Shown here one piece after another: positions 36,934 through 49,694 of a stretch of 64,000 nt of DNA. Origin of the DNA: Euglena gracilis (taxonomy: Eukaryota); NCBI GenBank assembly GCA_039621445.1, contig CP154954.1:17452589-17516588 (forward strand). Reading direction: 5' to 3'. The notes beneath the pieces were generated by a model that had not been told where the DNA came from, did no database searches, and saw nothing but the letters and a program-made list of their open reading frames with translations. The translations under genes and the position numbers were made by a program. Numbering within the stretch: the first letter of the stretch is position 1; each line of letters begins with the position of its first letter.

Positions 36934-38284
36934 CAGGGGGTAGCTTTAAATCGTAGGACACTTAATTCGGTTTGACATTTAACTCGGTCTGGATTAAATC
37001 CGTTTTAATCCAGCGAGGTTCGGGTGTCAGACCGGATTTAATCCAGCGAGTTAAACCGCTATCGAGGCAACTCCTAATTTGCAGGCGACAGCTTGGAGCA
37101 AGGTCCCATACAGGGGAGTGTTTGAAAGCGGTTTAAAAGGTTCTTTTTAAGTCCGATGCACGACAACCTTTTTCAACTTTTAGGTATTGGAACTGATGTG
37201 ATGTGGTCACTTTCGCACCCAACAACATGACCACTGAAGTCAAGTCTATGGAGACCACGAGGCTCTGAGGGAAGCTGTCCCTGACGACAACCTTGGTTTC
37301 AACGTGAAGAACGTTTCTGTCAAGGATATTCGCCGTGGTTATGTGGCCTCGACACCAAGGAGGCTGCTGACTTCACTGCCCAGGTAAGCCTCTCTTCAAT
37401 ATTTTTCTGTCTGGCTTGTTTCTTGTCTGTCGGCTGTTTTGTTCCTTTTCACATTCATGTTTCTTCAGTTCATCATTCTGAAGTACACGATCCCCGAATA
37501 TGTCCACAGCCGTGGACGCTGTCAAACCCTGGAAGTGATGGTCCTGGCATCACCAGGTTATTCGCCAGGGAGTTGTGGACCGAAGTTGAGATTTAAACTA
37601 CTGATCGAACTGCGGTTTATTTGCACGAGCATTTCTGTTTGCAGTTCAATGGACAAAATTTTTCTACCACACACATTGGATGGATGATTTTGGAAAAAAT
37701 GTTTACTTATCCGGAATTTTTTTTTCCAAATTTGAGGAACCTCCTTCCAGTCTGGTTTTTAAAGACCCCGGGGGGCCCAGGGTGAAAGTAAAGTCGTTTT
37801 CAACTGTTGCAGTTTTTTGTAATCTAGCGCTGTTTGTTTCAGTTTCAGTGGGTTGTGCTTTTGCGCAAATTTGTGTTTTAATTTCCTGTGAACCTTCTTT
37901 TCAATGGTGTTTGGCAAAATGTTCTTGCAGGCGGGCTTTGTCCAGGCTGGCTTGTTTTTTGAAAAGGCCTTGGGCGCACTGTGGGTAAATCATCAATTAA
38001 ACTGAATCTTTTTTTGCACTTTTTCGTTTTTTTCTGGGGATTCCAAATTTTTTTGATGTTTTGGGGGTGCAAAACTATTTCCCCCCGGCAGCGAGTATCA
38101 AGTGCAGCCTGTTCGTTTGATTGTAAAGAGTTGCAAAAAAAAAACGTCGCCCTCTGGCCATTTACCAGCCTTCCTTGGCCCGAACCGAATTTAATCCGCC
38201 GAGGTTTGGTTCCGAAACCGAATTTAATCCGAGCGCCTTTAATCCCTACGTATTAAGTACCCGGCGCCTTTAAACTACCCCCTG
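36934..38284. mobile_element. TIR element with TA TSD carrying a captured host gene fragment
   Basis: TA|CAGGGGGTAGCTTTAAA...TTTAAACTACCCCCTG|TA; TTTAATCC subterminal repeats near both ends. Confidence 0.75.
37184..37482 (+). pseudogene. EEF1A: Elongation factor 1-alpha gene fragment with retained intron
   Basis: Encodes [55 protein letters not shown], then GTAAG...TTCAG intron (37384-37468) and IIL; several deletions and frameshifts. Confidence 0.88.
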
Positions 38285-39593
38285 TACTGGTCTTTTCTAA
38301 TGCATCTGGACCACTTTAAAAAATCTTCGCCTTCAAACTGTAATTCTGTAAATTTAACCCCCGATCTGCCATTGCGCCGTTTTTTTGTACCACATTGCCT
38401 GCCATCTTTTTTTTGTCATTCGTCTGTCATCCTTGTCTCACAGGTTGAAGTGTGAAGAAGCAGAAGATGAACCAAGAACCAAGATGAAGAGTATGAAGTG
38501 AAGGATTTAAAACTGTTTTTGTCGAAAGTAAATTGGAAAGCAAGAAAACACAGAATGCAAGGCCAAAATGTCCCCAAGTCATCAGGCCCAAGACACAGAG
38601 CTGCAGCTGGAGCTCTGTGAAATGGCAGCAAAAGTTCCAAAACTGTAAAACACGACCAGAAAACCATGAGAACGCTCAGAAAATGATACAAAACGAGAAC
38701 GCCCAACAGAAGACATGCCACACAAGAGGGTGGGACTCAAAATTGTCACCCAGCGGACCAAATTTTGGAGAAAATGCCACAGGGTCCTTTGGTATTTTAC
38801 AGAAAAACACAGGACCCTGTTGCTGTAAACTGTGTCCTTCTGTGTTGCCATGTTCACCTTTTCTTTCTGCCTTTGCAGTTCAAGGTTGTTGGATTGTTTT
38901 TTTTGCCAAGGGCATTTGAAAAAGGCTTTGTTGTAGCGTTCTCGTTCTGAAAACATTCTGTTAAGCCCCCCCCCCCCCTGGTTTGGTGCCATCTTGGGCC
39001 AGACCTTGGGGCATTTTGGGACCCACGTCTTGGTTTTAGTTCTTAAAATCTTTGAGACTGCCCCAGTTTGGGAAGCACTTTTAGTGCCACAGGTGGGAAC
39101 CAGTTTTGGTGCCACATGTGGGGACCACTTTTTTGGGGGGGCCTCGGGCAGGTTTCTTTTTTTCCGGAGCACCCACAGAATAAAGCCATCAGGCGGGCCG
39201 CCTTGCGGTCCGAACATTCAGTACGGTGACCTTGTGCCGGAAAACTTTGACACGGGCGAACACAGTCCTGTCCAAGGCACACACGTTCTTTTTCTGCTCC
39301 AGCCAGGACTTAGTGCGGCGTACGTATTGTTTGGTCTGGATAGCCGGGCGGCTAGCGAAAGTGGCTTTCATCTGGACGGACAGCTGGGGGCAGGCATGTT
39401 GGCTGGCTAGGTTGGTCTGCCAGCCGGCTAGGTTGGTCTGGCCATCCGGCTAAGTTGGTCCGGCCAAACGCCCCCAATGGCCTCAAAATACATCAGAAAA
39501 GGGAATTTCGCACAAAAAGGACTTAGCCCTCCAAGTATGTTGCAAACATAGAAGGGATTTTGTTTTTTGAGGGGGAGCCACAAAAACAACTTA

Positions 39594-39796
39594 CCATGCC
39601 CCCCCCCTTTATGTACCTCCCCCCGGGAGGCCAAAACCGGGCAGGAGGAACATAATGGGGGGGAGGTACACAATGGGGGGGGGCAAGTTTTTCTTTGGCG
39701 GGACATGGGAGAAGGTGGTGCTACCCCCCCCCATCATGTACCTCCCCCCCCCAGGGGGTACACAATGGGGGGGGTACACAATGGGGGGGGGCATGG
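39594..39796. mobile_element. MITE, CCATGCCCCCCC TIR, TA TSD
   Basis: TA|CCATGCCCC...GGGGCATGG|TA; inverted near-copy at 48147-48344. Confidence 0.82.
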
Positions 39797-39838
39797 TAGC
39801 CCCCGAGTATGTTGCCAACATAGAAGTGATTTTGTTAT

Positions 39839-40847
39839 TTGAAACCGTGTATTGGGGCTCTAGCTTCACGCCCGAACCGGCGTTCAGGACGCCTGTTCGG
39901 GCGGGAAGTCGGCGTCCGAGGGACCCAAAAACAAAAAGTGCCCAAAAAGTGTCCAACAGGGCTTGTAGGCATATGGCAATCATATCAATCATATCTGAGC
40001 AGTTTTTGAGGGGTATTTGGCCAAAAAATGGAGTATTTTGTGCAATAATTTCCATTTGGCCCAATTTGGCGATTTTGTGAAATAGAGTACCATGCAGCAC
40101 GGCTGAAATCTAAGGCCATCTGCCGAAAGCCCTCGAGAAGGGTTATCGATCAAGGGGCAACATGGCAGGTGGATTTGGAATTTGCGAAAAGGGTCGGAAC
40201 ATGCGATCGGCAATTTTCTGGGCGCTATGCAGTGAAGCTGAGTTCTGAGGGTACCAAGGAGGTTCGGCACGTCTGACGAGGACGGCCACCAGGGGGGGGG
40301 GGTCCCCATTTTGCCGTGCCAAGGGGGTCAGTCCCCCAGGGGGGGGGGGGGTTCACCGCGGCTGACAGCCGGATTTCCCAAAGGTATGGTTCGGCATACT
40401 GTGGGGGGTTGGCTGACCAGGAGGGGGGGGTCCCATTTTGCCGTGCCGAGGGGGTCCGACCACCAGTGGGGGGGGGGGCTGCCAAACTTCCCAAGCGAAA
40501 GGTCTTGGGGAGAGCTTTCAATTGATATGCTGTATGGCAGCTGAGGTGTGGGATTTCACAAATCAGGATGTCAAATTCTGGAATACACGATCCTGAAAAT
40601 AAGCGCTGTGTGCATAATGGTTGAATCCTATGGCCATCTGTCAAAAGCCCTTGAGAAAAGCTTTCGATTGATGGGTAGCATGGCATCAGACGTGAGAATT
40701 TCAAGCGTCGATCGACATGGCCATGAGCCAAAGGGGCCCAAAAATGCTCAAAAATGTTCAGAAACTAGGTATTTAGGACGAAATTTGCCGTGATTCCTTG
40801 AATGCCGGTTTGGGCGTGAAGCCAGAGCCCCTAATCCACGGTTTCAA
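39839..40847. mobile_element. Non-autonomous TIR element, family X copy 3 (inverted, interrupted)
   Basis: Same termini as copies 1 and 2 with reverse-complement interior. Confidence 0.7.
40258..40491. mobile_element. Small TIR insertion with 3-bp TSD inside family X copy 3
   Basis: CAA|GGAGGTTCGGCA...TGCCAAACTTCC|CAA; the empty site (reverse complement GGGTACCAAGCGAAAGG) is in copy 1 near 2295-2311. Confidence 0.75.
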
Positions 40848-40947
40848 CAACTGTGTCCAGAACGCCGGTTCGGGCTGCCGCTTTACCCCTCCGGACCCCC
40901 ACCGACCCCCCACCAACCAAAGATTTCCATGGGGGTGGTTCGGGACA

Positions 40948-40981
<34 letters not shown>

Positions 40982-43900
40982 GGGGGGGGGGGGACTGTGG
41001 CCCAACTACCCCCACACGTTTTCTTTGGTATCACCCAAAATTGTATGCAATTTTCCTTTTGTCGACAAAAAAAGTGTGCCCGGCCAAAATTCGGGACGTG
41101 GGGGGGACGCGGGGGGAACACCCCCCATCTGAGGATGTTTATGTTGGTGTAAGGCACTTTTTTGGGATTTATTGATCGTCACTTTTTTTTGGGATGCATT
41201 TTGGGCCATTTTGGAGAAAATGGCCCAAAATGGCCATTTTGAAAAAGAAAAAAAATGTACCCAAAATTCTGTTTTGGGTGTGAAATGCAACTTTGGCACA
41301 TTTAGGGGCAAGATTTTTGGCCATTTTTGGGTGTGAAGGTGCATTGGATGTTGGGTGTCAAAAAGGGATTTGGTTGTCCAAATGGAAGGTGGGGTGAGGA
41401 CAATTCTTTTCTGTTTTTGGGGTTTTTTCTTCCACAAAAATTTCATGTTTCCCCTCCACCCCTTTTGCCATGAGATTCTTTCGTACTTGCGCAATCTCCC
41501 CTTTTGCCATTGGGGCATATTCTGGGTCAAATTAATACGCCAAAAAGGCGCCATTGTTTGGGTCGAAAATCTTTTCACCTCAAATCTTGGGGTTTCTTTC
41601 CATTTTTTGACGATGTCAAGGCAAATTTTCGATGGTTTGAACCGGGGGGTCAAAATGCAAGGAATGACTGAGCAAGGAAAGAGGGTCCTGGGGTGTGTGA
41701 TTTTCTTTAATTTCATAACTTTCATAAATTTCAAAAATTATTGTAAGTTACGGTAAGTTACGGGTAATTTATAAAAAAAAATTTCGCAAAATTTGCAATG
41801 CTACCCGAGAATTTTCATACAATGCATCAACCTTCATCACTCCAGCCTTTCTTTTCATTCATCATTTCAGCCTGATTTTTGATGTAGTGGCGTTTTTGGT
41901 CGCTTTTCATCAATTTTCTTCCTAAGGCAACAAAAAAAAACAGCCAAAGCTTGTGACCAGATGCCTCACTGGGAAGCCACAACAGTGGATTCACTGCAAT
42001 GGCCCTTGGACAACATGTGGGGACTGTAGGTCAATCACCCTGGTCAATAATTCAAAGCATTTCCACAGTCCGAAATTTTGATGGTCACCCCCTATTACGA
42101 TTCAGCCACCCGGTGTCCCCAATTAAATAAAGAATGAAAGTACCAGGAACCACCTGCCTGAAAATCACCCCCCAGAGGGGTATGTTCAAAAACTGCAGGG
42201 GGTAGAAAATGCCACCCCCCCAGGTGTCCCATTCAGTTTCACGGCCCTACTGCCAACGCGGAAACCCCTGCCCCAGGCCAGTCTCTGGCGTAGGATCGTC
42301 TTTTGGCTCCTTCTGCTGACTTGCGCTGGAAGTTTTTTTCACCTTCTGACCCCCCCTGTGGCTGAATCTGGAATTTACAAGGACTTCCAGACCCTCCCCA
42401 ACCCCTGAGGCGAGTGTCGCTTGGATTTTCAAGGGGGGTCCCACCACCCTGCCCCTTTTCCAACAGATGAAAGGGTAAGGGGAAGGCAAACCTCCCCTTC
42501 TTACACGGCGACAAAGGCCAAAATTTGACCTCCCCTCCAAAGTGTCCCCCCCCCCGGAGTGGCCATTTGGGTGCCACGATGCCTGGAGGGTGGCCACTTT
42601 GATACTTTGATGGGGGGTGAGGGCAGTGAAATTAAGTTAGTTAAGCTAACTTGACTAAGGCAGATGAGGGGGAGGGTTTCCGGGACCCCCCCCCCGGTGA
42701 ACTTCACCATGGTTTTGGTGTCGAAGGAAAATGATGGGTAAACCCTTTGAGGGGATAAACCAAAATTTGCCAAAAAACTTGGCCACGTTTGGGGGGTGAC
42801 ATTTTGAGGGGGGGTGAGGGTAAGTTAAATTTGGTTAAAGTAAATTGGGTGAAGTTAACTTCACTGGTGAAGTTAACTTCACTGGTGAAGTTCACTACAA
42901 GAGCACTTGTTTGGCAAAAAAATGGCCAAAATGACATTCTTTAAGAAATTTTGATAAAAGTCCATGACAAATGCATACAGAGTGACCATTAACATAATTG
43001 CGGAGCATGTCTTATGATGGCATGGCCGTGGGTTCGAAACCCACGAGGTCACACCGCTTTTTCCTTTGAGGGGTGAGACCGCCCGATTAAGTACACCGCC
43101 AATTTTTATTTTGGAATTCATCCAAGCCAACATACTTGGCATTTTTTTTGTTTTTTTTTTAAAAAAAACAACAACAACAAAACAACGTGTTTTTTAAAAA
43201 AAGAAACGCCCAAAAAAACATCAAAAAAAACAAAAGGAAAATTTCATTGAAAAAGCTTGTTATGAAACCCAAACCATACTTCGAATCCTACTAAGTTCAA
43301 AAATTGCCAAAAAAATGGTCAAAAACATTCAAAAAATGCAAAAAAATGCCACTTTAGGACTTTCTTCATTTTTTGTTTAAGGAAATATTTGGCAGAAATG
43401 CCCCAAAACTTGCCAAAATTGATTGAAAATATGCATTCAAAAATTTTTCCGAGCAAAACCTTGTTGGCGTTTTTTTTTAAAAAAACATTGTTAGAATTAA
43501 AAAAAAACAAAAAAAACAAAGTCCAAAAAAAAAAACAGGTTGCCAACTACCGGGGGGATGAAAATACCGCTCGGTAGCAATACCGAATGGATTAATACCG
43601 CTCTTTAATAAAACCTGCCAGACGCCTGATCGTTTCGCTGTGAGACGGAAAAAACCCACCCCGCGATCCAGATTAATTTTTGCCTGATCCTAATTCCGGC
43701 CGCCGTGCCAGAAAGATGCCCAGATCGCCAGTTATGGAAACTCGCCCAGTGAGCGGAATTAATCCATTCGGTAATTAATGCAGCGCGGTATTTTAATCCC
43801 TCCGGTATGCAAGCCAATGCACTTTTTCAGGCGGGTTGCTGCCTTCGGGTCCAAAAATGGTCCCCCCCTTTGGTTGTAAAAAAAACCTTGAACTCCATTT

Positions 43901-44180
43901 TTTTTGCAGAGACCTTTGGTTGTTTTTTCTTGGGATTGGGATGACAACAACACATAAACCCAATTTTGAATGGGAAAAAAAGGTGCTTTGCACAAAAAAA
44001 AGGAGAAACGGTCTAAAATATCTGAAAAAGGAAGAACATAAATTACACAGCGGAAATTAAAAAATGAATAACGCCGTCAGTTACGCGTAAGTTACAAGCG
44101 AAACTTACAATTGTAAATTACGTCGCAATGCTATTCTCGGGTCACGGGCGGGTCACGGGGGGGTCACGGGGGTCACTTAT

Positions 44181-44828
44181 GGCCAGTTTCCCCCCCCCCA
44201 GGACTCTGTCCTGGGGGGGTCCTGGGGGGGTCCTGGGGGGGTCCTGGGGGGGTCCTGGGGGGGTCCTGGGGGGTCCTGGGGGGGTCTTGGGGGGGTCCTG
44301 GGTGGGTCCTGGGGGGGTCCTGGGGGGGTGCAGGGGAGGCCCTGGGGGGGTCCGGGGAGGGCCTGGGGGGGTCCTGGGGGGGTCTTGGGGGGGTCCGGGG
44401 GGGGTCGTGGGGGGTCCTGGGGGGGTCCTGGGGGGGTCCCGCAACTTTTTGGCAAAATTTTTGCTCCAAAAGATGAGGTTATTTTGAAGCCCGGGGGGGT
44501 CCGGGGGGGGCTGGAGCCCCCCCCGGTCGCGGGCGCCGAAGGCGCCCGGAACTCCACGGTCAGTGGGTCATCTGGGTACCGCCCCCCGGTGGGTCCTGGG
44601 GGGGTCCTGGGGGGGTCCTGGGGGGGTCCTTGGGGGGTCCTGGGGGGGTCTTGGGGGGGTCCTGGGGGTGGTCCTGGGTGGGTCCTGGGGCGGTCCTGGG
44701 GGGGTCCTGGGGGGTCCTGGGGGGGTCTGGGGGGGTCCTGGGGGGGTCCCGGGGGGGTCCTGGGGGGGTCCTGGGGGGGTCCTGGGGGGGTGGGGTCCTG
44801 GGGGGGTCCTGGGGGGGGGAAAACTGGC
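44181..44828. repeat. (GGGGGGTCCT)n-type minisatellite blocks inside short inverted ends
   Basis: Two arrays (~44210-44440, ~44590-44820) between GGCCAGTTTCCCC and GGGGAAAACTGGCC. Confidence 0.8.
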
Positions 44829-47800
44829 CATGACTCACGGGGGTAGCACCCCTAAAGGCTCCCGGTTCTGGCCTGGGGGGGTAGTGGGGGTCGACCATGG
44901 TTGCTCTCGGTCGCTATGGGTGATTCCTACCGGGATTTTTTTTTCACCTTTTTTGCCATGTAGCGGCGTAGGCAACTGTTCCAGGGCCCTAAAATAACAA
45001 AATCCCTTGTGTGTGTAACGCCTTTTGCTTGTATGTTGCGGCAATTTGCCCGGTTAAACACTTTTTGACATTCACAGGCCCACGACCGAGAGCGACCGAG
45101 AGCGACCATGGTCGCTCTCGGTCGACCCCCACTACCCCCCCCCCCAGGATATAGCAACCCCCCCCCCAGTCTACCGCCATGCCGTTTGGCACTCCATGTG
45201 CCTGGGCTTTGCCTCTGAACGAGGGGGGGGGGGAGGAAAATAAACAACCAAATGGGCACCTTCTTGAAGCAGTTCTTGAGGCAAATGACCAGGGCTGCAT
45301 AGAGGTAGAGGTAGAGGTCAAAGGCCTCTACCTCTATGTCAACCACCTCTACCTCTACCTCTACCTCTATGTCACCTCTATGTCTGTAAAATGTACCAAA
45401 ATGGCCTCAAAAAGGGTCATATAACACCCCATCTGCTCGGAAAATGGCAATTTTGCATGAAAACACATGCAAAACGGCGAGGGGATGAGAAACAATATGT
45501 GGGTTGGTGATTTTGAAAGTTGTTGGCGCGTTATGTGACCACATTGAGCAATTCTGAAAACCTTTCATGTATTTCTCCTTTGCTTGCTAAAAAGTTCCTT
45601 TATTGAGTTCATTTTCCTGGTTTTTGACATAGAGGTGACATTACACAAAAATCGTCCATGTCACCCGGACACACTGTGTGTCCGGGTTATGGGCGCCGAA
45701 GGCGCCCATAACCCGGGTACACAGTGTGTCCGGGTTACAATGGACGATTTTTGTCTATATCCGTTGACTAAGAGGCCCAAGACACACACTGTGTCTCGTG
45801 GAACTTAGCCACGCAATGTCTACCCCGTATTTTTTTGCGATTTTTTGTCAAATTTTCAGTTCACGAGGACACACACTGTGTCTCGTGGACTGCCAGTCCA
45901 CGAGACACAGTGTGTGTCCCAGTCCACGGGGACACACACTGTGTCTCGTGGACTGCCAGTCCACGAGACACAGTGTGTGTCCTCGTGAACTGAAAAAATC
46001 AAGAATTCCCACTGGTCCGACCAACAAGTGCCCCCCAATAACTTGCCTTTCGGCAACTTTTGGCTTAGAGCATAAAGGTTTCTCGTGGACAAGTTTTACC
46101 ACATTCCACTTCCTGTCCTTGCAGTTTTTTCTTTCGGAAAATGAAGAAGACCGCAAACAGTGTGGACCGCATGCTCCCCCGACCCCCGAAACCAGATGAA
46201 TTTGTTGCTACACTGGAAAAGTATTTGGTCGATTTGCAGAAGGGCCCTGTTGTTGGAGGTTAGGCAGGGGTGGGGGGGGGCTTCGCCCTAAAGGAATTTC
46301 AATGGAGAAACTTCACCGGTGAAGTTCACCGGTGAAGTTCACCGCCATGTATTTCCAATGAAGAGGGGGGGGGTGGGGGGGTCCCGCCCGAAAAACCCAA
46401 AGTTCACCGCCTGATCTCCGTTGACCCAATACACGGTACGTTGTTGGCCAACGTGTTGGAAGAGAAGCCAAAAGGGACCGCAAAGGCTGAGCGTGTAGCT
46501 GTTACACGCCTGTTGGAGTTCCAGCAGGTGTGTAAACATCTGAACGCTCAGTATGAGGACCTGGATGGCTTTTTTTCCGCATGGGCTGGTTGGGTCATTG
46601 ACCCCAGATATTTGTTTGATGAGGCTACCCTCATCAATCAAGCTGAGCAACAACGCCGCGCCAACTGTCTCTCAGCTGTTACAGCTCACGGTTGTCCAGT
46701 GACGGCTCCCGGTTCTGGCCTGGGGGGGGGGTAGTGGGGGTCGACCATGGTCGCTCTCGGTCGCTATGGGTGATTCCTACTGGGATTTTTTTTCACCTTT
46801 TTTGCCATGTAGCGGCGTAGGCAACTGTTCCAGGGCCCTAAAATAACAAAATCCCTTGTGTGTGTAATGCCTTTTGCTTGTATGTTGCGGCAATTTGCCC
46901 GGTTAAACACTTTTTGACATTCACAGGCCCACGACCGAGAGCGACCGAGAGCGACCATGGTCGCTCTCGGTCGACCCCCACTACCCCCCCCAGGATATAG
47001 CAACCCCCCTCCGGTGACCATCTTTCCACTGCCCTGCTGCGTTGCATTAGATGTAGAACACCTCGCATTTCTGGCAAACACCTTTTATTTTTCAGACCAC
47101 GAGACACAGTGTGTGTCCCAGTCCACGGGGACACACACTGTGTCTCGTGGACTCAGTCCACGAGACACAGTGTGTGTCTTGGGCCTCAGTCCACGGATAT
47201 AGAGGGATAGAGGAGGTTGGAAAACCTCTACCTCTACCTCTACCTCTACCTCTACCTCTATCCCTCTACCTCTATGCATCCTTGCAAATGACGCCGAGGT
47301 TCAACATGTCAGGGACAAAGAAAGATGAGAAATGGCTGAAGGAAAGAAACAGGAAGGGGAGCATTGACACAAATCTGAACATGATGCCATTGTTGCCGTA
47401 GCCGTAACGAACCAGGACACAGGGGAAAACATTGGCTACAATTCCGCATGGTGTGCCAAGGGGGAATGATTGAAGCTGCTTCCTGCCTTTCTGGTAAGTG
47501 TTTAAAGTGAAAACATTGGCTACCATTCTTTTCACAAGAAACAAATATTTCGCAAAATGCATCTGAATTTCGCAAAATCCATCATTGCAAGGAAATTAAC
47601 CTTCGGAGTTTCAACACTTCTGCTGAATGTTTAAAATGAAAACATTGACCATCATTCGGCATTCTGGGCCAAGGGTGAAATGTCAATAGGAACAATCACA
47701 AACGCAACAGCATTGGTCATCTTCCCGTAAGATGCAATCTGAACTGCACAAAATGTATGTACAACGCAGACAACCTCAATTGGACGAAAAATGTCGCAAC

Positions 47801-48146
47801 TGTCTTGGGGGTAGGCAGTACAGTTGTGATTTTCTGGGGACCCCCCTGTACATAGCTTCCAACCCCCCCCGGACCCCCCCTCCCCTCTTGTCTCCCATGT
47901 ATATTGAACTCCGGCTTCTTCTTGTAGACAGGGCACTGCTGTGTTGAAGATGCAGCAGCAACTCCACGACTAAATAAAACCCTGCTGGAGTGGAGCAATT
48001 TTGGTTGGGAGTAATTGTGGTCTTGTCACCGAAACAATCTATTATTTGGAATGGTGGCACACCAACCTCTGTCGTATTGAGAGGCAAAGCAGTTGGCAAG
48101 CCAGTTGAGGGCAAGGCATAGCTGTAGACAACACAACTCATGAATA

Positions 48147-48344
48147 CCATGCCCCCCCCCATTGTGTACCCCCCCCATTGTGTACCCCCTGGGGGGGAGG
48201 TACATAATGGGGGGTAGCACCACCTTCTCCCATGTCCCGCCAAAGAAAAACTTGCCCCCCCCCCATTGTGTACCTCCCCCCCATTATGTACCTCCTGCCC
48301 GGTTTTGGCCTCCCGGGGGGAGGTACATAAAGGGGGGGGCATGG
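48147..48344. mobile_element. MITE, CCATGCCCCCCC TIR, TA TSD
   Basis: Inverted copy of 39594-39796 with TA flanks. Confidence 0.82.
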
Positions 48345-49694
48345 TAGATGATGCTTTTTCTTGAGAAACACCTGTCAAACATACAATCCAGAAGAAAAAA
48401 AAAACACCTCGAAACTGAAATAATAAAAAAAAACTGCAAAAAAAACTGCAAAAAAATGCAAAAAAACTGCAAAAAAACCCCAAAAACATGAAAACTGCAA
48501 AAAAAAACTGCAAAAACTGCACGGCGAATATTTCCCAACCTCCTGCCCTTGGGTGTTGCCACCCCACATTGGTGTGGGGTGTGGGTGTAAATCCGATGCT
48601 CGCTACTTCAAACATGTGGAGGTCATGGCAAACTTGGAGATCAGGCAGTAATTTTTGGGGTCCTGGACCCCCCCCCCTAGGTGAAGTTCACCGTTTGAAA
48701 GTTCATCGGGGGGTCCCGGACCCCCTCCCCCCCCATCTGCCTACCCCAACGGTGAACTTCACCATGAAGTTCACCACAGGAGCACTTTCTTGGCCAAAAA
48801 CGGCCAAAAATGTCATTTTGGGCAATTCTTTCATTTCATCGTTCATGGAATTTCGATAAATTCCATGAACCATCAACCTCAAAATGACCATTTTAAGAGG
48901 AAAGGAATCAAAATTCCACCCATCAAAATTTCACCCCCAACCATCAAAACGGTGAAATTCACCGGTGAACTTCATCAGTGAACTTCACCGCCAAACTACC
49001 CCTCCCCCTCCCTCCCAGTGAACGTTCACCGGTGAAGTTCACTGGGGTTTCCGCACCACCCCCGTACTGCCAAAATGTGGCTGTGTTGTCCTGGTGGGTG
49101 GCCAATGTTGTTATATATATATATATATACGGTAGTGGGGCGAACCGAGTCCACCGACCAGTGGCACAGCCTACTGGATTTGAGTGTTCAGGGGAGAGGG
49201 AAGCTATGTACAGATGGGGCGACCCCATGGATAGTCAGAAGTGGTTAAGCAGAGGCAGAGGCCGCGGGGCTTTAGTGGTCGGGGTACGAGGGTGACCGGG
49301 AGGCTGGGTGTGGGGAGTGATGCCGTTGCCCTGGTTTGTGGACGATGCGGTGGTGAGCATGCTCCGGCTGGCTGATGGCAGTACAGGCAGCTTGTAATCC
49401 TGTGCTTTACCGCAACATCATTTCGGAACGGCCTTGGTGCTCTGGATGCAGGGCTTGAGTCACGAGGTCCACCAACACGTGTCAAACTCAAATGGTGCGA
49501 CGAGAAACCGTGCCGGACAGGTGGACGAAGCTATGTGGGAAGGAGGCGGGCCGTAGGAACAGCGAAGCAGCGCCGTTGAAGTCAGCCGATGCCTTGTGTC
49601 CAGTGAGGCTTGGCCATGAACTCAGAAACGATATTGCCGCCGGAGCGGCAGCTAGTTTTCTGCAGCAGGTGCGTTTTCTGCACCGAGGGCGTTT

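Noticed and set aside
44205-44820. Gly/Pro-rich ORFs or telomeric repeats
   Set aside because: A GGGGGGTCCT-type minisatellite inside a TIR-bounded repeat, internal to the window and not a TTAGGG-type repeat.
46441-46700. Short protein-like ORF segments (also ~6500-6750, ~29540-29690, ~47650-48140)
   Set aside because: Possibly transposase or exon remnants, but no motif I can identify without a database search.
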